Sequence record: MK327947.1
From: Escherichia phage vB_EcoM_G5211
Reading direction: 5' to 3' (one strand)
DNA: 64,000 nucleotides
Shown: piece after piece, positions 10,532-20,601 of the stretch
How the letters are laid out: each line of letters begins with the position of its first letter
Position numbering within the stretch: position 1 is the first letter of the stretch
Notes under the pieces: model-generated
Databases searched by the model: none
Told to the model about the DNA's origin: nothing
The model's input: the letters and a program-made list of their open reading frames with translations, nothing else
Position numbers and translations under genes: made by a program

Positions 10532-11519
10532 TGAAAATAGTGTGATCTATCGCTCAATCATTACTAGTAAATTCAGAACGGAAAAACTTCTGAATTTCTA
10601 TAATTCTGTAGGCGATGGGGCAAATCAAATTACAATTTATGGAACGTTTGGACGTTCGGAGCCGTGGTCAGAAAACGAAAAAGAGGTGGGCTTTGCCCCA
10701 CCTTATCCGACCGATTCAACGGCTGGTGTTGTTGACATGTGGACCCATATGATGGGGGCGGTTAAGATTAACAAATCACTTCTTGATGCGGTTATCCCTC
10801 GTAAAGATTGGGGTGATACCGGACAGGATAACCCGCGCACATTCTTTATCAATGACATTGTTGTTGTCAACTCAGCACCATATAACCGAACTGATGTTGG
10901 TAGCGGCTGGATGGTGTATCGCGTAACCGATGTTCCTGATCGCGGTTACTGCTCGATTTCAAGCATTGACGCTAAAGTAGAGTGTTTGAAGTTGGGCGGA
11001 AAGTGGACACCCACTCATGAATCAATTGCGCCACCTGTAGGAAAGGGCGATTCTATTGATATGGGTGATGGGTATCGTTGGGAATATCTGTACACAATTC
11101 CACCTGATGCGGCGATCAACCGTTGCACCAATGAACATATTGTTGTACCGTTCCCCGATGAACTGCGACAAGATCCGGCGCGTTGGGGTTATGACAATGT
11201 GATCACCTGGTATAATGACTATAATCTGCTTTATCGGCTGAAAGTAGTAACTTTGCGTTTTCAGGCTTATATGGACTCTGCGCAATTCCCAACTACCGCG
11301 TTAGTGGGTAATACTGGTTTCCGTCAGTTAAGCATTATCCTTAACCCATTGGAAAAGAAAGCACGCCCTAGCGATCCAGACGTTAAAGCGGTTGAAGATA
11401 AGTACCGACCGCAAGACTTAGAGCCACACTCAGGCGAAATGATCTACATGGAAAACCGACAACCTATCGTTCGGTCATTAGATCAAACAGAACTTGTTTC
11501 TGTATTGTTTGAGTTCTAA
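10524..11519 (+). CDS. 8: gp8 baseplate wedge protein
   Basis: 331 aa (T4 gp8 about 334 aa); synteny. Confidence 0.8.
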   Translation: MANENSVIYRSIITSKFRTEKLLNFYNSVGDGANQITIYGTFGRSEPWSENEKEVGFAPPYPTDSTAGVVDMWTHMMGAVKINKSLLDAVIPRKDWGDTGQDNPRTFFINDIVVVNSAPYNRTDVGSGWMVYRVTDVPDRGYCSISSIDAKVECLKLGGKWTPTHESIAPPVGKGDSIDMGDGYRWEYLYTIPPDAAINRCTNEHIVVPFPDELRQDPARWGYDNVITWYNDYNLLYRLKVVTLRFQAYMDSAQFPTTALVGNTGFRQLSIILNPLEKKARPSDPDVKAVEDKYRPQDLEPHSGEMIYMENRQPIVRSLDQTELVSVLFEF

Positions 11520-11534
11520 GTGTATGATTTAAAA

Positions 11535-11562
11535 AGCCAATTCTAGAGAGTTGGCTTTTTCT
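11535..11562 (+). terminator. Rho-independent terminator after gene 8
   Basis: Hairpin agccaa-ttctagagag-ttggct followed by TTTTT. Confidence 0.65.
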
Positions 11563-11572
11563 ATTTTGGGTG

Positions 11573-11600
11573 TTGACAATCTTGTCTGATAAGGTATAAT
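11573..11600 (+). promoter_or_regulatory. Sigma70-type (early-like) promoter: TTGACA, 16-nt spacer, TATAAT
   Basis: Perfect -35 and -10 hexamers; RBS ggagg and ATG at 11630 downstream. Confidence 0.7.
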
Positions 11601-11629
11601 GCTCACATCTAAACAACGGAGGATAAATT

Positions 11630-11887
11630 ATGGCACGTCGTAAATTTACAGATAATTGTGAAGCAATTCAGGTATCCCCTTGCGGTTGGGATGTGATCGC
11701 GAACGGTGAAAAGATCGGAGAGATCATCGATCATACTCATTCATCACTAGCCGATTACACCGATGAACTATGGGAGGGTATCAACTTCATGAATGACACT
11801 AAACGATTCAAGACTATCGACGAAGCTATCTATTTTGTGTATAATCCAACTTTCGGTATGTGGGGAACTAGAAAATGGCACGCGTAA
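11630..11887 (+). CDS. Hypothetical protein (85 aa), first gene of inserted cassette
   Basis: ORF with RBS; overlaps next ORF; absent from T4 8-9 junction. Confidence 0.5.
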   Translation: MARRKFTDNCEAIQVSPCGWDVIANGEKIGEIIDHTHSSLADYTDELWEGINFMNDTKRFKTIDEAIYFVYNPTFGMWGTRKWHA

Positions 11888-12207
11888 ACATTAAACTACA
11901 CTACACAATGGGTAAAGCTAAGTTCCCAATGCAAAAGCATTACTATGGTCTACGTGCACAAGATCCAAAACTCTATGGTACTCATTGGTTTTGTAAACAT
12001 GATAACCAATGGCACACATACGAAGAAATGCACGAGATGATGAAACAGGGTATTGAATTGAGTTATTCTAATTATGACCATCGTATAACTTGCATTCGAA
12101 AATTGAAACGATGGATTCGTAAGAATCCGCAATTTAAAAACTTTGTGTTCTTTATGTCTCATGTTTATTTGGGACATAGCGTTACCGTCACAGCAAAGGT
12201 TAAATAA
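11875..12207 (+). CDS. Hypothetical protein (110 aa), second gene of inserted cassette
   Basis: ORF with RBS gggga; stop overlaps next start (TAATG). Confidence 0.5.
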   Translation: MARVNIKLHYTMGKAKFPMQKHYYGLRAQDPKLYGTHWFCKHDNQWHTYEEMHEMMKQGIELSYSNYDHRITCIRKLKRWIRKNPQFKNFVFFMSHVYLGHSVTVTAKVK

Positions 12208-13046
12208 TGGCACGACTTTCTAAACAAGAACAAAAATTACACGATCGGGTGATGGAGTTGATTAATTCAGATCGCCCATTGACATATGAAGAAAAAGAAT
12301 TTTGCTATAATAACTATCATGGCGATGGTCTAGGCGGTTCAGGTGCATTCTTTACCCCAGAAGGGCTTGCATGGGATTTTACCATCGATGCACATTGCAC
12401 AGGAAAAGTATTAGATCTTTGTGCTGGGATCGGTCGCTTATCTTTTTGTATGTTACATCGTTGTAAGCCAGAAAAGATCGTATGCGTCGAACTCAATCCA
12501 GAATTTGCGCGGATTGGCAAGCGACTATTACCGGAGGCAGAATGGATCACCAGCGATGTATTCGAATTTGAGTCAAACGAAAAATTCGATGTGGTGATCA
12601 GCAATCCACCCTTCGGGAAAATCAATACAACCGACACAAAGGATGTATTTGAGTACACTGGTGGCGAATTTGAATTTAAGGTTATGACATTAGGCCAGAA
12701 GTTTGCCGATGTAGGTTATTTTATTGTTCCTTCTGGTTCCGCTGGTTTTGCCTATTCCGGCAGACCTTATTATGACGGGACCATGAAGTCTAATAAATAT
12801 CTAAAATGGAGCAAACAAACTGGTTTGGTGACTTATGCCGGATGTGGGATCGATACATCAATCTATCGTGATGAATGGCATAGTACCAACGTTTTAACAG
12901 AAGTGGTTGAGGTTCGGTATTACGAGAAAGAAGCCGTAGAAGCGCCTAAATCACGTCCTAACGAACAAATAGAAGAAAGTAAGGAGATTACCTTACCGAA
13001 ACAGGAAAGCGAGTCTGGGACGCTCTCAGATTTGTTTGACATTTAA
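12207..13046 (+). CDS. Putative gamma-class amino-methyltransferase (likely DNA N6-adenine MTase)
   Basis: Motif X-like GAFFTPEG, motif I VLDLCAGIGRL, motif IV VISNPPFG in gamma order; 279 aa. Confidence 0.65.
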   Translation: MARLSKQEQKLHDRVMELINSDRPLTYEEKEFCYNNYHGDGLGGSGAFFTPEGLAWDFTIDAHCTGKVLDLCAGIGRLSFCMLHRCKPEKIVCVELNPEFARIGKRLLPEAEWITSDVFEFESNEKFDVVISNPPFGKINTTDTKDVFEYTGGEFEFKVMTLGQKFADVGYFIVPSGSAGFAYSGRPYYDGTMKSNKYLKWSKQTGLVTYAGCGIDTSIYRDEWHSTNVLTEVVEVRYYEKEAVEAPKSRPNEQIEESKEITLPKQESESGTLSDLFDI

Positions 13047-13052
13047 TTATAA

Positions 13053-13077
13053 GCCGTCCTTGTGGACGGCTTTTTTG
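13053..13077 (+). terminator. Rho-independent terminator closing the inserted cassette
   Basis: Hairpin gccgtcc-ttgt-ggacggc followed by TTTTTT. Confidence 0.7.
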
Positions 13078-13086
13078 TATGTGTTT

Positions 13087-13094
13087 TATAAATA
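13087..13094 (+). promoter_or_regulatory. T4-type late promoter TATAAATA upstream of gene 9
   Basis: Exact TATAAATA about 28 nt upstream of ATG at 13122. Confidence 0.6.
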
Positions 13095-13121
13095 ATACAT
13101 CATAACATGAGGAATTAAACA

Positions 13122-13976
13122 ATGGCACAAGTTCCAAAGAAAAGAATAGACACAGGTACTGTCGGCAATCCATCGACTGGCGATATCTTATATGATGGCG
13201 GTAATAAAATTAACGATAACTTTGATTCAATATATGACGCATTTGCTGATCAACGTCTAAAAGAGATTGATCATGGTGCTGGTCGAATGGTTATTCATGC
13301 CACGGGATACTATCAGAAACACCCACGACAAAGCTATGCAGGGTCGGCGGTAGAGATTGGTAGCTTACATGATATTGACACAACTCAAGGCGCATTAATA
13401 GCAATTCTTCCTAAAGCTAAAGTCGGTGAGGGTGTTGTGTTCATAAATAGTAACGGTAGCTTTTCGGCAACAACACCACTAAACATTAGAACTCAAGCAG
13501 GAGATTCTATTAGCGGGTATTCCGGTGACGCGGTAATAACTCAACCTTTCTCAAAAGTCACCGTCTGGTGTACTGCCGTCGAAGGTAGTAGAGTTACCTG
13601 GCGGCTAGGCATCGAAAGTATGTTTACCGACACAACCACACCACTAGATAGGACAGTTAATGTAACTGGAGTTGCAACCAACGTTGCTATTGCAGCAAAA
13701 ACAGAATATGTATCAATTAAACTATTAACAACCGCTAGCAATACGACGGGTTCAAAAATGCGCTCAAGCGAAACTCTATTGATGATTGATGCCAGAGCCG
13801 GAAAAGTTTACGCGACAGAATATGCGGTTTTACAGAAAACAGAAGACGAATTATACACGGTTCGTTATTTCATTGGTTCCGGCGATAAAGTATATGCAGA
13901 GTATAAGGCTACTGGCGAAAATATTCGTTTAGCAGTTAAAGCCACAGACACTATTAAAATCGGGGTTGCTACATGA
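13122..13976 (+). CDS. 9: gp9 baseplate wedge / long tail fiber socket protein
   Basis: 284 aa (T4 gp9 288 aa); synteny. Confidence 0.8.
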   Translation: MAQVPKKRIDTGTVGNPSTGDILYDGGNKINDNFDSIYDAFADQRLKEIDHGAGRMVIHATGYYQKHPRQSYAGSAVEIGSLHDIDTTQGALIAILPKAKVGEGVVFINSNGSFSATTPLNIRTQAGDSISGYSGDAVITQPFSKVTVWCTAVEGSRVTWRLGIESMFTDTTTPLDRTVNVTGVATNVAIAAKTEYVSIKLLTTASNTTGSKMRSSETLLMIDARAGKVYATEYAVLQKTEDELYTVRYFIGSGDKVYAEYKATGENIRLAVKATDTIKIGVAT

Positions 13977-15775
13977 AACAATTAATTAATATCGGTAACG
14001 TTGTAGATGACGGTACTGGTGATTATCTAAGAAAAGGCGGTCAAAAGATCAACGACAACTTTTCTGAACTTTATACTAAGCTGGGGGATGGAGATACCCC
14101 CCACGCATCCGGTGCATGGAAAACGCATACAGATCCATTATTAAAGCCTAATTTTGGTGATGCGTGGGCTATCAATACAACAAACAACGCGGTGTCGGTA
14201 GAGCTTCCTAAAGGTGGCGTTGGTGATTATAACAAGACAATTAAACTTCGTGATGTTTGGCGCTCGTGGGCGTCTCATAACGTAACACTTAAGCCAGCAC
14301 AAGGTGATACCATTAAGGGATCTCCAATCGACCGTGAGTTGTATAAAGATTTTATGGATGTTGAATTGGTTTATTGTGCGCCTGGACGCTGGGAATATAT
14401 CGAAAATAAGCGAGTTGACACGATCACCACGTCTGACCTAAGCACAGTAGCTAAGGAAGTTTATATTGCCACAGAAGGGCAAACAGATTTCCCTAATGTA
14501 TTTGGTTCTAACACATATAACACTCGAAATGTTGAAGTATATTATCGAGGAAACCTTTTATATTATGGCAAGTCTTTTAGTAATGACTCTAACTACGGTT
14601 CAATCGGTGAGGATGGATCACTTGTTGAACTTGATGGCAAAAGCATAAAACTTCGTTTTCCTTGTTCGGCTGGGGACACCGTTCAAATTATTACATATAT
14701 GGACGGAATTGCATCATTCCGGTCTAGTTATATCACACACACAATTAGAGTGTATGATACCGGAATGACAGCACTAGAAACTATTCCGGGTGAAGTGTGG
14801 GTAGGTGATTTATCGACGAAAAAAGAATTTACCAATGCTGATTTGGGAGTTAGTAAACGTGATATAATTAACCCAAATTCATTTGAGTTATTAATAAATG
14901 GTACTCAAATGATTAAAGCTGGTGATGCTGATCTTCCTTCGTTTGTTTGTGAAGGTGCTGACGGAGAAACCGAAGAGAGTTGCGCACTTGCTGGCGGTCA
15001 GTGGGTACAGTCTGGAGAAGATTATTCACTGGTATTTGATGAGAATAGCATTGTAACAGGGATTAAATTAGCTAAAGCGTTGGACAATAGAGATACTATC
15101 ACAATTCGTTGGTTTAATAACGATATCGGAACTCTATTAGAATGGGATGGTGTCGGCGGAATTAAAGAAAAAGCAGACAAGATTTATCTCAATAACGAAG
15201 ACGAAGTTAATTTAACAAAACAAATTGAATATACCGACTTCCAGAATCCCAGCCAGAAAAACACTCGTCCGGCAGAAGAGTATTCAGGTCGAATTATGGA
15301 TATATATGCACTGTTTGATATTTTCCATCCGATCGGCACGATATACGAAAACGCACATAACCCAGCTAACCCAGCGACCTATATGGGTATTGGTATCTGG
15401 GTTCGGTATGCGGAAGGAGAATTTCTTGCTGGTTGGTCTTCCGATGCCAGCGACCAGAATTTTGCATTAAACAATAACGATCTTGATATTCATGGACAAC
15501 CTACACACACCGCTGGTGGTACTGGTGGTGAAGTTGCCTATCAAATCAAGAAAGATATGATTCCTGAATTACAATCCAGCGATCGTGTTTTGGTGAAAGA
15601 CGATACAGGGTCAATTATCATTGGTGGTTGTCAAGTTGATCCCGATGCGGCAGGTCCAGCGTTTACGAAATATAGAGAGGATATCGTAAAAGTTAATTCT
15701 GGAAATGCTGATCCATCAATGATGGGCATTCTTCCTCCATATCGCACCGTTCATCGCTGGTTAAGGGTAGGTTAA
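13973..15775 (+). CDS. 10: gp10 baseplate wedge protein
   Basis: 600 aa (T4 gp10 602 aa); synteny. Confidence 0.8.
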   Translation: MKQLINIGNVVDDGTGDYLRKGGQKINDNFSELYTKLGDGDTPHASGAWKTHTDPLLKPNFGDAWAINTTNNAVSVELPKGGVGDYNKTIKLRDVWRSWASHNVTLKPAQGDTIKGSPIDRELYKDFMDVELVYCAPGRWEYIENKRVDTITTSDLSTVAKEVYIATEGQTDFPNVFGSNTYNTRNVEVYYRGNLLYYGKSFSNDSNYGSIGEDGSLVELDGKSIKLRFPCSAGDTVQIITYMDGIASFRSSYITHTIRVYDTGMTALETIPGEVWVGDLSTKKEFTNADLGVSKRDIINPNSFELLINGTQMIKAGDADLPSFVCEGADGETEESCALAGGQWVQSGEDYSLVFDENSIVTGIKLAKALDNRDTITIRWFNNDIGTLLEWDGVGGIKEKADKIYLNNEDEVNLTKQIEYTDFQNPSQKNTRPAEEYSGRIMDIYALFDIFHPIGTIYENAHNPANPATYMGIGIWVRYAEGEFLAGWSSDASDQNFALNNNDLDIHGQPTHTAGGTGGEVAYQIKKDMIPELQSSDRVLVKDDTGSIIIGGCQVDPDAAGPAFTKYREDIVKVNSGNADPSMMGILPPYRTVHRWLRVG

Positions 15776-15776
15776 T

Positions 15777-16421
15777 ATGATTTCTAAAACACGTTCTAAA
15801 GCAAGCGTATTTTCTAGCGACGCAGCATTCATTTCATACGATCCGGGGTCGAAAGACCCCATTATTGGTGACATTCGCCCAATTGGTGGATTAAACGTAG
15901 ACCAATCTCGCAAAGGTTCTTTTATTAACAACGTACAATCAGCCATTGATGATTTGTATAGCATTTCTATGCTTAATGTCGGTGATGTATTGGTAACTAC
16001 AAATTCAACTCCACCGGAAGCGGCTGGACAAATAGAAACTCTTTCTTTCACTGGAACGGTAACAAATAAACACGATCCAGCCGCGACAAAAGTTGTAATT
16101 GAAGTTTTGGGTTATCCATTTGTTGTTAATGTTGGAACATCGAATGTTGCATTATGCGAAATGGTCACAACAAAATTTACTGAATTGAAAGACAAAAGTA
16201 TCTTATTCTCTAAAGTTGAGAGGAAAGGTACTGGCAACGATAAAATAGAGATTCAGTATATTGATTCAAACGCACACGAAGCAACGGTCGTAGAAAAATA
16301 TGGTATTAGCGTTCGTGGGGAAATAAATTCCCCTGCTCGTTATGGTTATGGTGCATGGTCCAGATTGGGAACGGAAGAAAAATTTGATTCAACACTATTT
16401 TATTTTAAGCGTATTGCGTAA
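15777..16421 (+). CDS. 11: gp11 baseplate wedge / short tail fiber attachment protein
   Basis: 214 aa (T4 gp11 219 aa); synteny. Confidence 0.8.
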   Translation: MISKTRSKASVFSSDAAFISYDPGSKDPIIGDIRPIGGLNVDQSRKGSFINNVQSAIDDLYSISMLNVGDVLVTTNSTPPEAAGQIETLSFTGTVTNKHDPAATKVVIEVLGYPFVVNVGTSNVALCEMVTTKFTELKDKSILFSKVERKGTGNDKIEIQYIDSNAHEATVVEKYGISVRGEINSPARYGYGAWSRLGTEEKFDSTLFYFKRIA

Positions 16422-16432
16422 GGTGTAAAATT

Positions 16433-17836
16433 ATGAATAACACTATTAATCACGTAAAAGACGATGCACAGTATGTTAAGTTTGACCCTACCGGAAATTG
16501 GCCTAGCAATATAAAAAACGTACAAGCGGCATTAGCCGCTATTCAGGGATTTGCGATTGCAGGTCTTCCAACGGCAACCGAAGAAACAGCGGGTATTGCT
16601 GAAATTGCTACTCAACAAGAAGTAGATGATGGGTTGGATGGAACGAAAATTGTTACCCCAAAAACATTGGCTGTTAAGCTGTCAAGACCGGACGCAACAA
16701 AACTTGTCAAAGGGATCACTCGCTATGCTAATAACGATGAAGCTATGGGCGATACTCCAAATATTGCAATTGGTCCTGATACATTAACCCATGTATTCGA
16801 GAACAAGAAAGCAACGGAAACCGTACAGGGTACAATTAAAATCTGTTCTATGGATGCGGCAAAAATAGGTAGCGATGACACTATGGCAGTAACGCCTAAA
16901 AAGATGCACGCTGCTATTGCTCAGATTGTTCCAGGGTTGATTCCAGAACAAAACACGGCGACCGAGTCCCGTGAGGGTTTAGTTAGACTGGCGACAAGCC
17001 AACAAACGCTTGCTGGTACTATCAGAGAAGGATTTGCCGTTAGTCCATATGCATTTTCCAACGCAAGAGCCAATGAAAATCAGGCGGGTACTGTTAAAAT
17101 TGCCTCATCCCAACAAATGATTGACGGCAATGACAACACAGTAGTAGTATCAGCACAAAAATTTGCGAACACTAAAGCAACCACTGGACAATTCGGTGTT
17201 GTTAAGCTAACAGATAACCCAGGATCAGGCGAGGCAAACACAGCACTGTCGGCAAACGCTCGTGTATTGCCTCTAAGTGGTGGTGTCGTTACTGGTGATG
17301 TGTATCGTCATAGCGGAGGCGACGGAAACCAGTTTATCATTAAAAATGAACTGGATGGTCTTTGTATGCCTATTGGTGGCATCATTCTTACAGCATTTAA
17401 CAGTTTCGACCACGCACAATTCAAAATCTGTAACGGTCAATGGTTAAATAAACACCAATATCCAGTATTATTTTCACGAATCGGTTTCACTTATGGCGGA
17501 GATGGTGGAGACAACTTTGCTCTACCCGATATGCGAGGGCTTGTTGCTAGAGGATGCGACCACGGTCGAGGACTAGACCCAGGTCGTGGATTTGGTACTT
17601 ATCAAGACGACACCATGCAACATATGACAGGTAACTTCCCTGTAGCTAACCGTTGGCGCGGTTGGACTGGTGGTGCATTTGCCATCACAGGCGGTCAATG
17701 GAGCACGAACTATAAAAACGGTGGTGGCGATGATTGGGGTAGTATTGTTAACTTTGACAGCGCAAGACAGGTTAGAACGTCTGGCGAAACTCGCGTTAAA
17801 AGCCTTGCATTAAACTACATGATAAGGGTACAATAA
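16433..17836 (+). CDS. 12: gp12 short tail fiber
   Basis: 467 aa; position between gene 11 and wac; shorter than T4 gp12 (527 aa). Confidence 0.75.
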   Translation: MNNTINHVKDDAQYVKFDPTGNWPSNIKNVQAALAAIQGFAIAGLPTATEETAGIAEIATQQEVDDGLDGTKIVTPKTLAVKLSRPDATKLVKGITRYANNDEAMGDTPNIAIGPDTLTHVFENKKATETVQGTIKICSMDAAKIGSDDTMAVTPKKMHAAIAQIVPGLIPEQNTATESREGLVRLATSQQTLAGTIREGFAVSPYAFSNARANENQAGTVKIASSQQMIDGNDNTVVVSAQKFANTKATTGQFGVVKLTDNPGSGEANTALSANARVLPLSGGVVTGDVYRHSGGDGNQFIIKNELDGLCMPIGGIILTAFNSFDHAQFKICNGQWLNKHQYPVLFSRIGFTYGGDGGDNFALPDMRGLVARGCDHGRGLDPGRGFGTYQDDTMQHMTGNFPVANRWRGWTGGAFAITGGQWSTNYKNGGGDDWGSIVNFDSARQVRTSGETRVKSLALNYMIRVQ

Positions 17837-19605
17837 TGATCGAACAGTTAAACATTCGAAAGATCCCTAACGTCGATGGTGTCCCTGGAGAGGGACAGCA
17901 TTCTATTAGCTGGATTAAAAATGGTGAATGTCTAAGCGCAGCAACCACAGAAACAGGACACGAGGGGACGCTTAACCGCGCCCCTTATGCGATTCAAGAA
18001 AATATTGTTCGTCTGGATGAAAATTCTAAGACAACGGTAACAAAAGTTAACGAAGTTGTTACAGCAGTTAATGATATTAAAACTACTTTAGGCGCGGTTG
18101 CTGATGGTAGTATTATTGATATTGTCAATCAAACTATTGCAAAGGTTGAGTCTGTAGAAGAAAATTTAGGAGAAACTTCAAGGACATTACAAACCACAGT
18201 AGATGAACTGGCGGAGACAGGAAAGAAAATTGGTGTTCGTCCGGCAGCAGATCCGAGTACACGAACAATATATGATGATATTTCTTTCATCAAACAAGAA
18301 TTGGGCGCTTTCCCTAACTTCAATATCAACGGTTCTCCAGATCCGGGTAGTTCCGGTTCCGGTATCAAATATCGAGTTATCCAGAATACGGAAGCATTAA
18401 ACAACCACGGTCAGCGAATCCGCCAACTAGAAAACGACTGGCAAGATTCTGACGTTGGAGAGCTAACAAAACAAGTTAACAAAATGCGAAGCGAGCTAGG
18501 CGATACATCACTAGCAACACAGGACAATGTTTATCTTCGTCTTCGCACAAATACTCGCAATATCGCTAGTATATCAAACGAAGTTCAGGAAGTAAAGAAA
18601 GCGATTCTATTTGAATCAATTCCTGATATCGGGACTAAAGTAACTAAGCTACAATCTGATTATACACAGCTTAATGATGAAGTCAACGGCGTTGACGCTG
18701 GTATCCGTCCTCGTTTAACTCTTCTGGAAAATAATATTGGCAATCCTCAAGCCGCTGGAAGTATTGATTATCGATTGACTAATCAAGAACGGGAATGTGT
18801 AGATCTTAAATCTGTTGTCGGTGTTAGTGGTGCTGATGGCCTACGTGGTGAGGTTGCACGAATATCTAACACAGTTGGTACTGATAGTGAGCGTCATACT
18901 ATCGCAGGTCGTCTAAAAATTGTAGAAAACACACAGGGACGACTAGAAGCTAGCGTACAGGATATCGAGCAAATGATCGGCGATCGAGATTCCGGTCTAA
19001 CCGCCGGGGTTATTAAGCTGTCAAGCGACATGTACGGTAATCCAGAAGGAAGCACGCAGCTTGAACAAGATGGGATCGTGAAAACTGTTAAGGAATTGAG
19101 CACATCCAATGCAAGTAAGGTAACAGACGTTCCTGATGATGGTTTCCATTATCTACGTAAGCACGGGGAATGGGTTCAGGTCGCATGGGCGGCTGGTGCA
19201 TTTAAAAACACCGCTCAGATTGATATTACTCTCGACGGACAAGATCAATACAAAGGAATCCCGCTAAACGATATGACCGAAGAAGTTCCTGCGCGTGGAA
19301 TGGTTAAGAGCGAATCTATTGTTACGGTTAACGACAAAGGCTTATTCCGTTGTGTTTTCCGTTGTTCTGTACATGCTGCACATAACGCTACTTTCGTAGT
19401 CGGTATTGCTAAAAATGGTCAGATTGTACATGAGGTACGAAATGGTCAGTATGGAACTGATGATTTAATTAGCTATTCTACCAGTGCTTTCCTAAATATT
19501 GAAAAGGGCGACCGGATCGATATTCGCATTAAGGGCGTATCCGAAGAAACATTAGCGCAACAGCTACAAATTAAAGAGTTCCTCTTTGGAATTTCTCCGG
19601 TATAA
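17836..19605 (+). CDS. wac: Fibritin (whisker/collar protein) with extra C-terminal domain
   Basis: N-terminus matches T4 Wac pattern (GEGQHSISWIKNGE); coiled-coil middle; foldon-like GFHYLRKHGEWVQV followed by about 135 extra residues. Confidence 0.8.
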   Translation: MIEQLNIRKIPNVDGVPGEGQHSISWIKNGECLSAATTETGHEGTLNRAPYAIQENIVRLDENSKTTVTKVNEVVTAVNDIKTTLGAVADGSIIDIVNQTIAKVESVEENLGETSRTLQTTVDELAETGKKIGVRPAADPSTRTIYDDISFIKQELGAFPNFNINGSPDPGSSGSGIKYRVIQNTEALNNHGQRIRQLENDWQDSDVGELTKQVNKMRSELGDTSLATQDNVYLRLRTNTRNIASISNEVQEVKKAILFESIPDIGTKVTKLQSDYTQLNDEVNGVDAGIRPRLTLLENNIGNPQAAGSIDYRLTNQERECVDLKSVVGVSGADGLRGEVARISNTVGTDSERHTIAGRLKIVENTQGRLEASVQDIEQMIGDRDSGLTAGVIKLSSDMYGNPEGSTQLEQDGIVKTVKELSTSNASKVTDVPDDGFHYLRKHGEWVQVAWAAGAFKNTAQIDITLDGQDQYKGIPLNDMTEEVPARGMVKSESIVTVNDKGLFRCVFRCSVHAAHNATFVVGIAKNGQIVHEVRNGQYGTDDLISYSTSAFLNIEKGDRIDIRIKGVSEETLAQQLQIKEFLFGISPV

Positions 19606-19611
19606 GAAATT

Positions 19612-19635
19612 AAAGGGGCGTTAAGCCCCTTTTCC
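19612..19635 (+). terminator. Rho-independent terminator after wac
   Basis: Hairpin ggggc-gttaa-gcccc followed by TTTT; same hairpin in opposite orientation at 53588-53607 and 57610-57630. Confidence 0.65.
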
Positions 19636-19651
19636 GTTTATAGGTGATATT

Positions 19652-20584
19652 ATGTCAGGATATGTAACCAATAACCCAAGAGAATTAAAAGACGCTATTC
19701 TGCGTCGTTTAGGCGCACCAGTAATTAACGTAGAAGTCACAGAAGACCAGATTTACGATTGTATTCAGAGAGCACTAGAACTCTATGGGGAATATCATTT
19801 CGATGGTGTGAATAAAGGATATAAAGTATTTCGTGTTAGTGCAGAGCAAGCGCAACACGGGGTATTTGATTTAAGCGATTCTGGAGTATTCGCAGTAACT
19901 AAAATAATTCGAACAAACGTAGGTAGCGCGGCTACGATGGATGGTACTGCCGTTTATCCGTGGTTTACTGACTTTCTGTTGGGTTTAGCGGGTGTAAATG
20001 GCGGTTTAGGATCTGGCTGTAGTAAATTTTATGGTCCAAATGCAATGGGCGGTGATCTGGGATATTTCGAACAGCTTATGAGCTATCGCGCAACTATGCA
20101 AAATATGCTCAATCCGCTTCCAGATTATTGGTATAATAGCGCAAACGGACAACTTAAGATTACAGGAAACTTCCGAGAAGGTGATCTCATTGTTGTTGAA
20201 TTATATGTTAAAAGCTATATAGACGTTCCTGATATGATCGGTGCGGTTGCTGGTTATGCTCATGCGGGAGGATGTTCTACCGCTGGCGGGATTAGCGCCG
20301 TTTATGATAACCCAACTGCTGGTTTAAGCGGGATTGTTGCTGGCATGGGACCGATCCGTGATAACAAGCAGGGCGCATATAATAACCGTTGGGTTAAAGA
20401 CATGGCAACCGCTTTCACTAAGGAGGTGTGGGGGTCCATCATGGCTAAACATCAAGGTCTGCAATTACCCGGAGGTGTCACTGTTGATGGTATCCGAATC
20501 ATTGAAGAAGCACGCGCCGACATTGAGAAATTGCGACAAGAACTACTTGACTTAGATCCACCATTTGGTATACTAATGATTTGA
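19652..20584 (+). CDS. 13: gp13 neck protein
   Basis: 310 aa (T4 gp13 309 aa); synteny. Confidence 0.8.
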   Translation: MSGYVTNNPRELKDAILRRLGAPVINVEVTEDQIYDCIQRALELYGEYHFDGVNKGYKVFRVSAEQAQHGVFDLSDSGVFAVTKIIRTNVGSAATMDGTAVYPWFTDFLLGLAGVNGGLGSGCSKFYGPNAMGGDLGYFEQLMSYRATMQNMLNPLPDYWYNSANGQLKITGNFREGDLIVVELYVKSYIDVPDMIGAVAGYAHAGGCSTAGGISAVYDNPTAGLSGIVAGMGPIRDNKQGAYNNRWVKDMATAFTKEVWGSIMAKHQGLQLPGGVTVDGIRIIEEARADIEKLRQELLDLDPPFGILMI

Positions 20585-20601
20585 TTTATTGGGGGAGTAT
20601 T

